Origin: Phoronis australis
Lineage: Eukaryota; Animalia; Phoronida
NCBI GenBank assembly: GCA_002633005.1
Contig: NMRA01000892.1
Span: 1 to 64,000, forward strand
DNA: 64,000 nucleotides
Direction: 5' to 3'
Part shown: positions 38,183-50,739 of the stretch, piece after piece
How positions within the stretch are numbered: the first letter of the stretch is position 1
Layout of the letters: each line of letters opens with the position of its first letter
Notes under the pieces: generated by a model
Told to the model about the DNA's origin: nothing
The model's database searches: none
Seen by the model: the letters and a program-made list of their open reading frames with translations, nothing else
Made by a program: the position numbers and the translations under genes

Positions 38183-39962
38183 AACTTACGCACGTACGTA
38201 ATTTAACGGTGTTACGTTCACCTATTTGGCCAACGATATATTTAAACCACCATTGTCAGCAGTGCGCCTCACACACTATCAGTGACGTGAGCGTGTGATT
38301 CCTGCGAACCAGCTTAAGCTGTCACTGCGCCACTCGACACAGACACTACTTCATCACTCGTGATCTCACGAGTTGTAATCACATGTGTTGACTTCTGCAA
38401 ACCGCTTATACGTGTAGTAGTCACCCGGGCGTGCTGAAGGGCTTTTTCTATACATGTAAGTAAACGGTCCTCGATTCAATTCAGCGTAATCAGCTGTAAT
38501 GTACTGGAAATCTGCAACAGTTAGTGTTTACATGTATGCGTGTTGTTCTTTGCTTTGTTTCTCAAGTTAGTATTTAGTTTGTCAGTGAACTTGTTTTGTT
38601 TGGAAATGTATTACTAGTCATAGCTTAATCTTTTGCCTGGTCATAGTCAGGTTACCGTGCAATTTTTTGCTTGAGTAACGTACGTGAAGAAACCGGCCTA
38701 AATCACTTCTGCGTTATCGGCCAATGTAAGGACGAGTAAATTTGGTGTAAATGGGTTAGTAAATTTTTGAAACTCGATTAGAGATAAGATAATATTCAAA
38801 GCACTTCTAGTTTACAGAGTGACGGTCATTTATAAGGCTAATCATAACTAATTGCGGATTTAAAATCCGGCTCTCATGCGGAATCGAAAACTGCTTTGAG
38901 AACTTTTCGGCCCGTATGCGTACTTTTAAGTCAAGAAAAAAGATTTTCCAGTAAATGATTGATTAAGAGATAAGGCGCATGTTTTCTTCTGTGGTATAAT
39001 ATGCTCAAAATTGAGACCATTGGTGATTCGCTTCATTCATACTTTATCTTGCTGTGAAGTTGGTCATTTTGACCCACCGATGTAGCCCGGTTCAAGTTTT
39101 GTCCAAAGGGGGATGCTACTTCTTCGCCGAGATATAAATCTGGAAATCAACTTTAATGCAGGTGGTACGTGTTCATTGAAAACAACGTCTAATTTGTGTC
39201 AATGAGTTAATGGTGGGGACCGGGTGCATCAAAAACCTTTGCTGATCATTTCCTCAATTCGGCCACTGAAGCAGCTTTGAAAACCATTGTTTTAAATCTG
39301 GAGACGTGGATGAGTAATGTTCATTGCTTAAGTCCGATCTTTTGAAACCATTGCTGGTTGAATCCTCGAGTCAATATAAAACGAGTAGTTCATTGTCGCC
39401 AGACTGTTTCCTACGTGATAAACGACTTGTTGATATTTCTGGAGCACATTTTAAGTATCATTTCCTTACATATATTCATCCTAACAATAAAACCTGGTGG
39501 TATTTCTAGAGCAAAACGAAATACCGTGTTTCGCACCTACAATCTTCCTAACCATACCACATGATAGTATTTCCAGAGGAAATGTAAATTTAGTTTTCTA
39601 TGCAGAAATATCGGTTCCTAATCTTACAGTCAGGTGCTACAATAAGGAAACATTGTACATGACTTATAAATTGCATTCGTCATTAGAATTTTCCCCGTTT
39701 TTTCCCGGAATCTTTGTGAATGGGAACATTGCAGAAACTTAAACTATGTTCGCTTAGGTAAACTTTCCAATTTTGGGGAGAAAACATCTCGTAAAAACTT
39801 GCACGAACGAGCCTAATGTTCGGAACCTTAATTTCTGGATAGAGTTTTTGACGTGACAAGTGTAATGTTCTGCGTAAGACAGACAAAATCAAAGTCCGAG
39901 TTTGACGGGATGATTTTATTTACTAATTCCACTTGAAACCTCAGTGAAAACTTTGAATCCTT

Positions 39963-40017
39963 GTGAGTACCGTGTGAGAACCGTGTGATAACCATGTGAG
40001 AACCTTGTGAGAACTGT
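39963..40017. repeat. 11-bp tandem repeat GTGAGAACCGT x5
   Basis: gtgagtaccgt gtgagaaccgt gtgataaccat gtgagaacctt gtgagaactgt. Confidence 0.8.
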
Positions 40018-42244
40018 AAATCTACGGAAATACACAAAATACTCTAAATACATGACAATAGTGTATAAAACCGAATTTAAATTAAAGTCACTCTAAGAAA
40101 TTAGTCAAAATTACTCAAATCTAGCTGAATCGGTATTAAATCACATTTACCAAACCAACATTTATCCTAAAACATATTATATCCTAGACCATTTCATAGC
40201 TCATCAATGAGACTTGCAGAAATTGCTCCCTTTGATCTTATCCACGCACGAACATCCAATTCTTGTTTTGTGTATCAGTGATCCTTGTCAGTGACTGAAT
40301 CCACTCCTTGAAACTCTAAAGACTCAGTGATCTGCCTAAAATTCTTGATTCTCCAAAGTTACTGAGCTTCCTCGTCTCCTAACTTTTTCTTTTGAAAATG
40401 ACGCTTATTTCTGCTCCAGAAATATTTATACTCTAAGATATGACTAAACATCACATGGACACTGGTCAAGGCATAACTACATCGGTGTGGGTGTTTCTTG
40501 GAATCAACCCACCGAAAGTTGACCACTCCAAAACATGTTTTAATGATCATATCCTGTTTGTCAGAACTACACTGAGAAATTAGCAGAACTAATGCTTTTT
40601 TGAAGAAATTGTGCAATACTTAAATTTACCACAAGTTGTTTACAAAAACAAGTCCTGTTCTAAAATATTTGTGACTTTCAAACTAATTAACTGATATCAA
40701 TTAGCACATTTGTTCATAAAGTTTATTATCAATTTATAATGAATTGTTACATAATTCTAACATTTTTCAGCAAAAATGTTACAACAAGTCGTTTTGGTTC
40801 TAATGTCATGAACTACTGGTACAAACAAGTTTGGAACGAGTTCCTCAACATACTGTGGAAACAGGCGATTAACTCCATTTGGTTCTCACAAGAAAAACCC
40901 TCAATAGCGTTGTGAACGGTATTACGGGTTGTTGAATTCCAGAGGATGCCGCATCTGTGACGACTTCAGCCATTTTCTTTACTCAGCGCAAGTTCTTTCG
41001 AAACACCCAACACACAATCTCTGAAGTGCGGTGAAGCTACATTTGTACATCAGCCGAGTGCTCTGCTGGTAAGCTTAACCTTCATGGCGGATTCACACAT
41101 TGGGCATTGTTTGCATTGCTAAGTAAGCATTTGGGGCCACGTAAGATCCTACGTAATATTACTACAAAATCGTAGCTCAGTTCGAATCGTCAACGGAGTC
41201 TCACCTGCAGTACTGTACGTATCGCAGTGGTTTTCGGTGATCGGAGTTGCTTCATATTTTCAAAGTTTATTCTGGTATTAGAAGTTCATAAATGACATCT
41301 CAACCAACCAGCTAAATTAAGGCAATCTCATAAAATGTTTTGCCAGTTTTAGAATATGGCCTACTTAATTTAACACACAGCTTCATGCCGTGTATTTTGG
41401 TCCGTTTGTGAAAAGACCGGATCGATTTTTCGTTTAAAACGAAATTGAATTTTAGAAACTCGAACCCAATTTCAATTTTTCGTTTTTCATTTTCTCCGAA
41501 AAATCGGAAATCGAAAAATAGATTAGTTCATTTTTTAGTACTTTCATTGTTTTCACAGCCACGGCATCACAGAACTACAACAATAAGCATGTGTTGGATA
41601 TTAAATGCCTATATTAATACGGAGTGTAAAAACATTAGTGCACTTGATTACAAAACGTTCATATCCGTATTCACACCGGAATTGTAACATTCAAGAAGTT
41701 CATATTTCAACCACTGCAAACAACGGGGTCTAAAATTTAAGCTCTCTCTGTATATTTGGAGTTTTACTCAGCATATATTGAGGTTGACGAATTGTCTGGC
41801 TCCCACTTTTAGGCCATACATGTGTAGCCCCAGCCCTCCTACATGTATCTGTCGCGTCCGTGGCTACTTCAGGTGGGGCTACGGGAACTTGAGATCAAAT
41901 CCTTCTCCAGATGCTTAAAAGTCATTTTCAGCTACTCAATTGTTCCCAATAATACACTTGCACGTTTAGTAAAATTCTTATTTAAAAAGTTGGAAAAACA
42001 AGCCTAAAACTTTTGCTAGACACAATGTGCCAGTGCAGTATGATCAGAACAGCCAATGATATGTCAGGAAAGTGTTGTGTTAATGCCATTCCTAAATTGT
42101 CTGCCTCTTGAATCATTTTGTGCTTCTCAAACCAAAACAGGAGTTTTGTGCCTCCTGTGATATCTGCAAGTCGCCAAATCGAACGCTTCATTCGAAAGAC
42201 ACCAAAATGGCATTATAATCTAATAAATCATAAGTATAACATAC

Positions 42245-42425
42245 ACCACACATCACATGTTTGTCCGACCGGTCGGCTAGGAGTCGACGACCAGCCGGCG
42301 GCTAATTTTTACTTGAGTCGACCGGCAGCCGGCCGCAGTGCCGACTCATAACGCGACCCACCAGCCGACTCTACAGCCGACCTTAATTGCCGACGGGCCA
42401 TCAGCCGACCCGCTTGTCGGCTGCT
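42245..42425. repeat. GCCGAC-rich subterminal-like repeat cluster (probable DNA transposon end)
   Basis: CACACAT...TCCGACCGGTCGG followed by many GCCGAC units. Confidence 0.5.
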
Positions 42426-45400
42426 ACTTTTAGGCCAAAGTTGCAGTAGCGTAATACATGTAGGTTGTCAGGCAGATACCGCTTTGCTTGCAGATGCATA
42501 TTCGTCTCGGCACAGGGTCAAATAAAGTAACCTTGTTTTACCGTGTTTCCATTACACGAGTTCACATCGGTTGTGTTCATTGACACCACTAATTCGAAGG
42601 TTGGAGGCAAGCGGTAATATTGAAAATTGGATTATGGACAATGCAACAATTTTGGATAACAAAACGTTAAAGGGTTCTTTACATTTGATCTTTTGGCTCG
42701 TGACGTTAACAAGTTGCATTAGACTGGCTGCTTCCCAGTCAATACAACACCGTAGTCATTTTGTAAACGCAGCTATATTTTACAGTCTACGCCCACACTT
42801 GTTTTTTGTTTGGGTTAGGCCGAACTGCATCTTTTTGAGTTTTTAAAATTCCTCACGGGTCTCCTATCACGCGCCCATGATGATGCGATAGATAAAGAGT
42901 TGTTGCACCGAAGAGCTCTTACTCCGGAGATTTTGTTTTCACAGTATTAACTCTTGCAGTCAAGACGCGAAATACACGGAACTTTTTATGTCCTAAGCCC
43001 ACTGACTTGGAAGGCTCTAACTTCGAAATTACATGGTTATGATGTCCGCGAACCTAGACAGTGACATCAGACACGGAATGAATATTGTTGAGGCTACTAC
43101 CAATTCTAGCTTTGCGCATTCAGTTTTCATGCATCGGTGACGGTAAAATATGCTCTAGTTACGTGTATCAGTTGGCCCCTGACGTTGTTCCAAAAATATT
43201 TCCTGTCAACAACATATTGACAAATTGTATAAATTGAAACAATTTTGAACGGGAAGATGCGACTACGTGGTGAAGAGGCATTTGTCTCTACGCGGCAATT
43301 GTGCGTGAATCTTTGGTAAAGCGAATTCGACGTCGAAAAAACTGAAAGAAAACACACCAAGGTACACTTTTTGTGAAGCAAAGCGTCAGGTGATGTTTAT
43401 AGCGCATGATCTGGCCTCTTTAGGTAATAAGTGACGCTGACTGACATCTGGCAACTATGGCTCCAAAATAAAAGTATGCTTGTATTACCTCCCCTTCTCC
43501 CCCAGTTTTGTACCTTCCATTGAGTCACCATGCAAGATTTGGTTCAGTTTCAGTCCTAAAATCGCAGAATCATTCTTCTGTGGTCAGCTGTTACGAGACC
43601 TACAATACTTTGGAACAGTGCTCAATCTTAAAAAAAACTTCCAGCATAAGAGCGCTATGTCAGAAATGCCAAGCGCATGCAGCGTTGTAAGACAGAAACG
43701 TTTTCGTTTCCGTATGTCCACAAAAGTGCTTTGAGCAGCGTGTATAAATTTGCTCATTTCGCTCTTCTACACGGATATGACCAACACGGTGTTTTGAAAA
43801 AGTCCATTTTTGAGGGCATATTCAAACATTAAAATGTTTGGTTGATGCATTCAGTTAATGGCACGTCGTACATCAAATGTAGGAGAGAGTTACTGGTTCT
43901 GTACCAGTTATCGTCGTACTACGTCATTTCTCGCCAAACTACGGCCAGTCAATGAATGTATATTTTGTTTATTGAAATACCTTTAGGCAATCATTAGTTT
44001 TAGCAGAATTATTAAAGCTTGACTTGTGGCAATGTTGCGTACCGTTTTAAGACACATGTTCATATTGACGTCATTCAGCATTTAATTCCAAAATCCAACT
44101 GCGCCAACGCCGCGGATGTTTGTCAAGTTTGACATATGTAACACACCTCTTGTCGCAACAACTAACTACATGGTTCTAGAACGTTCTGATGTTTCAATTT
44201 ACGTTTAGCAATTATAAGAGACGAAACGGGATGTAATTACAGAAATTCATCAGCAGTGTAGGACTGCTGCAGGACTGGATTAAACTGGAAACCTCTGGTA
44301 CAACACTTCGGGGCGGTAGGTGGCACCAGTGGATTATTGATTATAATGCGTTTGCCTGACTTACTTGAATGAATCTATGTAATGTTTATTATGCTAAAAT
44401 GTTTAGCGCCGATCATCACGAATTGTTGTGTCTCCTCTACCTCCCCGCTTCTCCCCTCCGGAGAGGGTTCCGCTGGAGACAAATCTCTCTCCATCCTAGC
44501 TACATGTGCATGCACGCCCCTCAGGATGTACACAGAAGTCTGTGCCCTGACTGTTGCATACTTCTGTATGCATTATACATTGTTCCTTGCTAGTTCAAAG
44601 GCTTAGTTTTGGCCCTTATATTTACCGTCAATCTTAATGAAGTTGTACTTAACAAAATAGACACAGTGTATAATGTTCGTCTTATTCACTGTCTTAATCA
44701 TGTTTTCTGAACTTAGAATAAGTAATGCTTGTGTAAAAATCTTTCACCTCCATTTTGGTTGAGATGATGACTTCTGATGAGAGACTGATCATCTTTCACA
44801 TATATCATTGTGATCATCGTTCACGGACTCTTTTTGGTCAGTAACAAGAATTCGTATAAATTACTAGGGCTGATGAAAAAATTTAAATCTTATATTACAC
44901 CTTTCGTTAATATTGATTCTTATCGACATCTGATAACATGCCTTACCACTCTTAGAAACATTAAAAATTAACCTACTTTAAAGAATTGTTTGTAATAAAT
45001 TTAATCACCCGTAATTGATTGTGTACACCTGTCGTGCACGCGCAGATATAGTGCCTGTGTACCCTTGGCCTGCACGCTCAGATATACATATATATAGTGG
45101 GACAAAGGGACATATCCCACTACTGCTCCACCGATAGAGGGTACCGTCTGAAATGGGATACCTTAAGATTAAAGGCCAAACATCATTAAGCTTGGAAAAA
45201 AGTGACAGTTCGTTCCACCTTTGTCTGGTCCCAAAACGATGCAGGGAGTGACCTCCTTCATCATGAAAGCACGATTTCACAAAAAACAGGAAAATAGAGG
45301 TAATCGATTCCAACATTGGGCCGTTTCACCTTGAGCGGCCCCGTAAGAATTTCTTAATAAAACACAAAAAGGTGGCCACTTGAAGGTCATCAATTTCCTC

Positions 45401-46344
45401 CTTCAAAACCGGCCCCTAAATATGAAAATATCTATATTCTCAAATATCAGGAAATGCACAGCAATTGATGTTATACATGTATGTCAGGTCATCAATTTTT
45501 TTCAATTGATATACAGTTTCGAGAAAAAAAAAATATAGCGAAAGTTGTCTCCGTTATCCCTTGCCAGAGAGGGGCCTCTAGAAAAATATAGTTTTGCATT
45601 CGCAAAATTGACGTATCAAATTTAAACATAAAGTGAATTAGTACGCTCTGCAAAAGCTTCGCTTTACAAATTCTCTCGATTTTTTGAAATATATGTGTGC
45701 GTTTAGACGACCTGTGCTGCAAAAGCGAAGACCCTATCGACAGTGTCTTGGCCAGGGTCATCAAAGGTAAAACATGCACTGATGCAGATTTGTTAAATGT
45801 TCTCTTGAATTTTCTCTCTTATCCGTTTTTGACAGTTTTTCTTTCCTCGACTGTCCCCGGCACCACGCCTATGTGGGTTTGCCACGGTTTAACCCAGACG
45901 CTTGATTTTTTTTGCGGAGGCCCGTGCCCCCCGTTACCTACGGCTCTGGAACTGTGTGCAAATTTAGTGACACATTTCAAATTTCCTGGTTGCTGATACT
46001 TTTTTATGCATAATTTATAAAAAGTTCCACATCTAGAGTGCGAAATTGTGTTTCCACGACATCATTTAACGTTAAATTTTACCACGCCGTCAGCAATTCA
46101 ATATAACCTTTATCTTGGTGCAATTTCACGCAAGTCGTATTTGTAGGTTGATTCGATTTTACCACCTTTCAATAGTTGAACAAAAGTTGATAAACCGATA
46201 TCAAGACCGAAGTTTCCACTGGTGAACGAAAAGCGAAAAGTTGAATGTCTGTTTGGCCAAAGTTCACCCGCTAAGTCATAAAATGGTTATTGCCCACCGA
46301 GGACACTGTCCGTGACGCATAATCCGAATTGGTCGTCTATTTAT

Positions 46345-46525
46345 GCTAGGCGACCACTTTGCCGACCCAAATGCCGACCCAAGTGCCGACCACAGAGGCG
46401 ACTTAGCAGACGGCTCCTAGCAGACCATTGTTGCCAGACTGCTGGTCGCCGGCTAGACGGCCGTTCATCGACCGGTCGCCGACCAATTTCCGACCGGTCG
46501 GATAAAAATTCCTTATGTGTGCCTG
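46345..46525. repeat. GCCGAC-rich repeat cluster (probable DNA transposon end)
   Basis: Many GCCGAC units ending CCGACCGGTCGGATAAAAATTCCTTATGTGTG, inverted relative to the start of the 42245 cluster. Confidence 0.5.
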
Positions 46526-49449
46526 TAGGTCTAACCATAATATAACACGTTACGTGAAAGTGACACAACTGCTTTCTTCCCTCCTTTCAACCATTGTTTA
46601 TGTTGACAACTCTTTTTGTTTTCTGAAGAGCAAAGTTAAATGTCACACTATAGTATCAGTTGGATTGTACTATATTTTGTATTTGTTAGCTGGTAGCAAA
46701 GTAGTTAAAATGCAATGCGCCCTGCTGAGCTGACAAATTGGGCCTTTCATGCTCATCAAAACTTTCACGTATTATTCAATACTGTGATAAGTTCTTTAAA
46801 ATGTTTGTTTCAAACCACCCCAGATACATGTACAAGAACATGCAAAGGACTGGGTAGTGCAACCCTAAAACTGGGAAATTGAAAACAGACCATGTACACA
46901 TTGACTCTGAAATAGGGTACTGTCATGTTAAGAATCACTATGAGATTGATTTTGTGAAAGTACTAAAACGCCTAATTTGTTTTTCTTTTTTCTTCATCAG
47001 CTAAACAGGGCGTAATGTACTTTTAAACATAAAGCGTGTGGGCATATACATGTAGGTGTCAATCAGACTGATGTATTATTATGTACTTACTCCGGAAGCA
47101 AGGAGACGGATTGAATACTCTGTGGCAGCTGGAGGTTTCACTAAGAGAAAGCGAAATCATAAGAATGAAATCTGGCTTACCAAAGTATGATTTTCCACTA
47201 AAACTCTCTATTATATATACACAATTAAGATTTCAGAAAAGAATTGACGGGAAGAATAAATTAATTGTGTGCTAGAGATGAGCACGGTAATGGTTCGGTA
47301 AAACCCAAAGTGCTTCAGTTTAGAATTCATAAATGACAGTTAGGAGCACGGGTAATGCACAGTTACTTTAACCGTCAACAGTATATGAATGAAATATATT
47401 TTATAAATAGTCAACAAGGCGACTTAAAATGTTGAGCAATTAAGGACACATATCTTCCTTGTCGTACTCAGTGGCGTGATGCCTATCTGAGTCATATTCG
47501 TCATCATCATGCATGGGCAGCGCACCATAGGAGGTTTAGAGCCCCCCACTTATTTTCTTCAGCTGCGCACCCATGGGGGGCTGGCAGCTATAGCCCCCTT
47601 CCTATTTCAGTGCTGCGCCGTCCATGGTCTGGTCTGCAATGAACGTAACAAATGGGTATATGCAAGGTCCAAATTGGAGTAAGACAAAGTCTCATTGTAT
47701 ACACAAATCTTTTTTGCAGAATGAAGCCACAAAAATCTATTAGTACTGGTTAAAAAGATACAATTATAGGACAACTCCATTTCAGACATGTATAGTTGTA
47801 GAGAAGACAACCAGTGGCCTTAACTAAGTAAGCATACAGTAAGTTCTAAAACAGAAACTATATTTAAGTTGTGAAAGTACGAATTGCGTGCATATGGGAA
47901 TTTTACCACGAATGTCGACTGCTGACTATTGAATACATACGCTTAATTGTAGTAATATCCTTTACCATCTGTAAATATGCCATACTGATCTTCAAAATGA
48001 CAAAGATTTGCTGCTACTAATTTTTGTAGAACAGGTCTGTGTCATGCACTAATAGTATTTAGCCCCTTACGTTTATTCAGCAACAGTGTCTACAAGGATG
48101 CGATAGTTCAATCTGCAGCAGGCCCGTAGCCAGGGGGGGGGGGGGGGTNGATCGAGCCCACCCGCGGAAAAGGTCCAGCCCAGCCTCTCCGTTAAAGCTA
48201 GGATAGAGCTGAACGACAACAACAAATTTGTTGCAGGTACTCGTACTTTATACTAACTAAAATGATAACCAAGCTGTTAATAAGTTCTTTGTCATGGCCT
48301 GTGGTTTTACTGTTATGTAATTACATAGTAACTTGCATAGTGGTGATCACGTCCTACCAATAATGGAACTTTCTAGGGTAAACTTTCATGAAACATAAAC
48401 CCTAGGGTTACACGCATTTACTGACTAGATGTGAGTCCATCTTTTCCAGACATCGCAGGCACAAAGGTTATTTGTCATTTTCCTTAGCTGCAGATTATTT
48501 GTTGAACAAATTTGATGTGGTGCTTAGTCCTCTTACTGGCACTCATATTTTGTGAACCAAGTTGCTTACCTGATTTGTGCCCTTTGTGTTGTATATTTTA
48601 CACGACCTTCTGTGGTATTATTATTTCAGAGAGCGTGTTGATGCCCTTCCGTATAGTTGTATTCTGAAGTGTTTTGTATAGATATTTTATTTTTCTTTCA
48701 TAGATAAATAATAGATATGCAAGTTTCCGTCTACAGTTTTTCCTGTGGCACATAGCGTGATGCACAGTCGTTAGTAACTGCATAGCAGCCCATCATATAT
48801 TTAATAAAAAAACTTTTCTTATGCTGCGTGACACTCTGAATTTCGGATATTGGAACTGTGTCATTTTGGACATGTTCTGCACCTTCTACAGACTGCGAGT
48901 ATTTACTTTTTGCTTCTGCTTATGTCTCCATTTAAAAGGGATTTTAATCAATTCTTGCTTTATACTTTGTCTTCATAGTGATTCGCAAAGTGATGCTCTG
49001 TCTCTTTTAACTATAACGCCCCCTTTTGCTCAAGCCGCCTGTTATGTTTGTAAAAGCGGTTTAATTTCAATACATTTTCAAACTAACAACCTGGCGTCCT
49101 TCTAATGTGATTGGCAATCTCATGTCACACCCTTTTTGTTTCACGCGGTGCAATTACATGTACATCCAAGTTTGCCTGCCTGTTATTGGTTGAGCTACTC
49201 ATACTGTACTTAATTTCGATATTAACCTTACCTACCAGTTAAATGTTGATATCTTACTTTATGGTCCAGAGGACGAAACATTCGAAAATTTGCCAAATGG
49301 TATCACTCAAGCAGTCTATGGGACTCCCATGAACCAGACACAATGCTACCGCCGTTGTTGTTTAGACTAACCTGGGTAGTATAATCTTTCTATTTAGAGA
49401 AAAACATGTCCAATTTCTGAGAGCAATTTTGCAGAGAGTTCCCCTAACA

Positions 49450-50170
49450 GCTAATGCTTCCTGGCCCCCCAGCCATTGTCGCAACGCCCACCCTTTCTGG
49501 TGCGCAAGTTAATTGATCCACCCTCAGATTTATAAATAGTCTCCGATCCACCACAATACCAACAGTTGTGACTAACCTCCTGACCTGAGCACATAGCAAC
49601 TTGAACGTCACTTAGCTTCTGCTGAGCTATCATAGCTCATACACGGTGCATTGCATTCGTAATAATAGAGGGCACTAAACTTGGGGAACGAAATTGTGCA
49701 CTAAACAGGCTGAATTTCACCAGGGTTTGCTCTGATATGAGTGGGGGTCAGTTGTGTCCGGGGACGGCTTGGCCATTGGGTGGCTTAACCCTGGGAAGGC
49801 GCGCGGCCGGGAGTGCTGGGTGACCCTGTAACGTACGATGCTCGGATGGAAGCTACCCCAGGTCCTCCAGGTATATTTGTGTCTGCACTGCCATGTAGTT
49901 CAATTTCCCTTGTAGTTAAGATATAGCTGTGTCTGGTACGTGGGTGCGGTATGGCGTCAGTGGAGGGTCTTGTCATCTACAGCGACCACATTTCCGGCTC
50001 TATGGTTTCCCAGGGTGTGGCTGGGTTGCGAGCTTTGAGGGAGAGGTACTGTACTGCCCATCGTGAGGTATCCAACCTGTCCCCCGGGTGATGTGCCCCA
50101 AGTCACACGTCTTGCCTGCATTCTGGAGGGGGGTTGAGATTCATGGAGGCAAATCCGAGAAAGGCGTCGG
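49450..50170 (-). mobile_element. Possible LINE (RTE-like) GC-rich 5' UTR and eroded AP-endonuclease start
   Basis: GC-rich block followed on the minus strand by D.QVA...QEV and G.GVA-like fragments; heavily degraded. Confidence 0.3.
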
Positions 50171-50178
50171 TCCATTTC

Positions 50179-50290
50179 CAGTGGCGGATCTACGGGGGGG
50201 GNCCCCCCCCCCTCGGGCCGGGACCCGAAAATTAAACAAAAAAAAACGTCTCCAGCAAAACAAAAACGGCAACGCCAGCGTGTGTAAACC
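50179..50290 (+). mobile_element. Left end of another hAT5-like MITE
   Basis: CAGTGGCGGATCTACGGGGGGG terminus; partner end not identified. Confidence 0.5.
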
Positions 50291-50739
50291 CCGAGTAAAC
50301 CAACTTGGAAAAAATGAGGGGGGGTTCACTCTTAAAATATATTTTTTTTCATTGTGAATTGCTGTTATGAAAATCAACGCGTTTCGAGTCTTCGTGGCTC
50401 ATCGGCAAAACCCCGGAGATCAATTGTGCGCTCGCTTCCGACGACACTTCTGAAGTAGCAAAGCATTTTAGATGGATGCACCGCTGAAAATGCAGCTCTA
50501 TAGCTGATTTCTTTAGGTAACTAGTTTCTAAGATATGTTTTGATTTGATTAGGGGAAATACTGTGGTGCCGCAACCCTGATATTCAGGCGAATTGATGGG
50601 CAACGTTTTTACCTCATCTGTCATGCCGTGTCATCCTATTACATCCCACACGTTTGTAACTCGAATTTGACTTGTGTATTGTAAAGTTGTCTTGCGCAAT
50701 ATCATACAGTGTACATGTACATGTAATACTTTTGAAAAA

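Noticed and set aside
47512-47625. Additional hAT5-like MITE (CATGGGC...GTCCATG)
   Set aside because: Termini are poorly matched and there is no 5-bp TSD; likely decayed, so not called.
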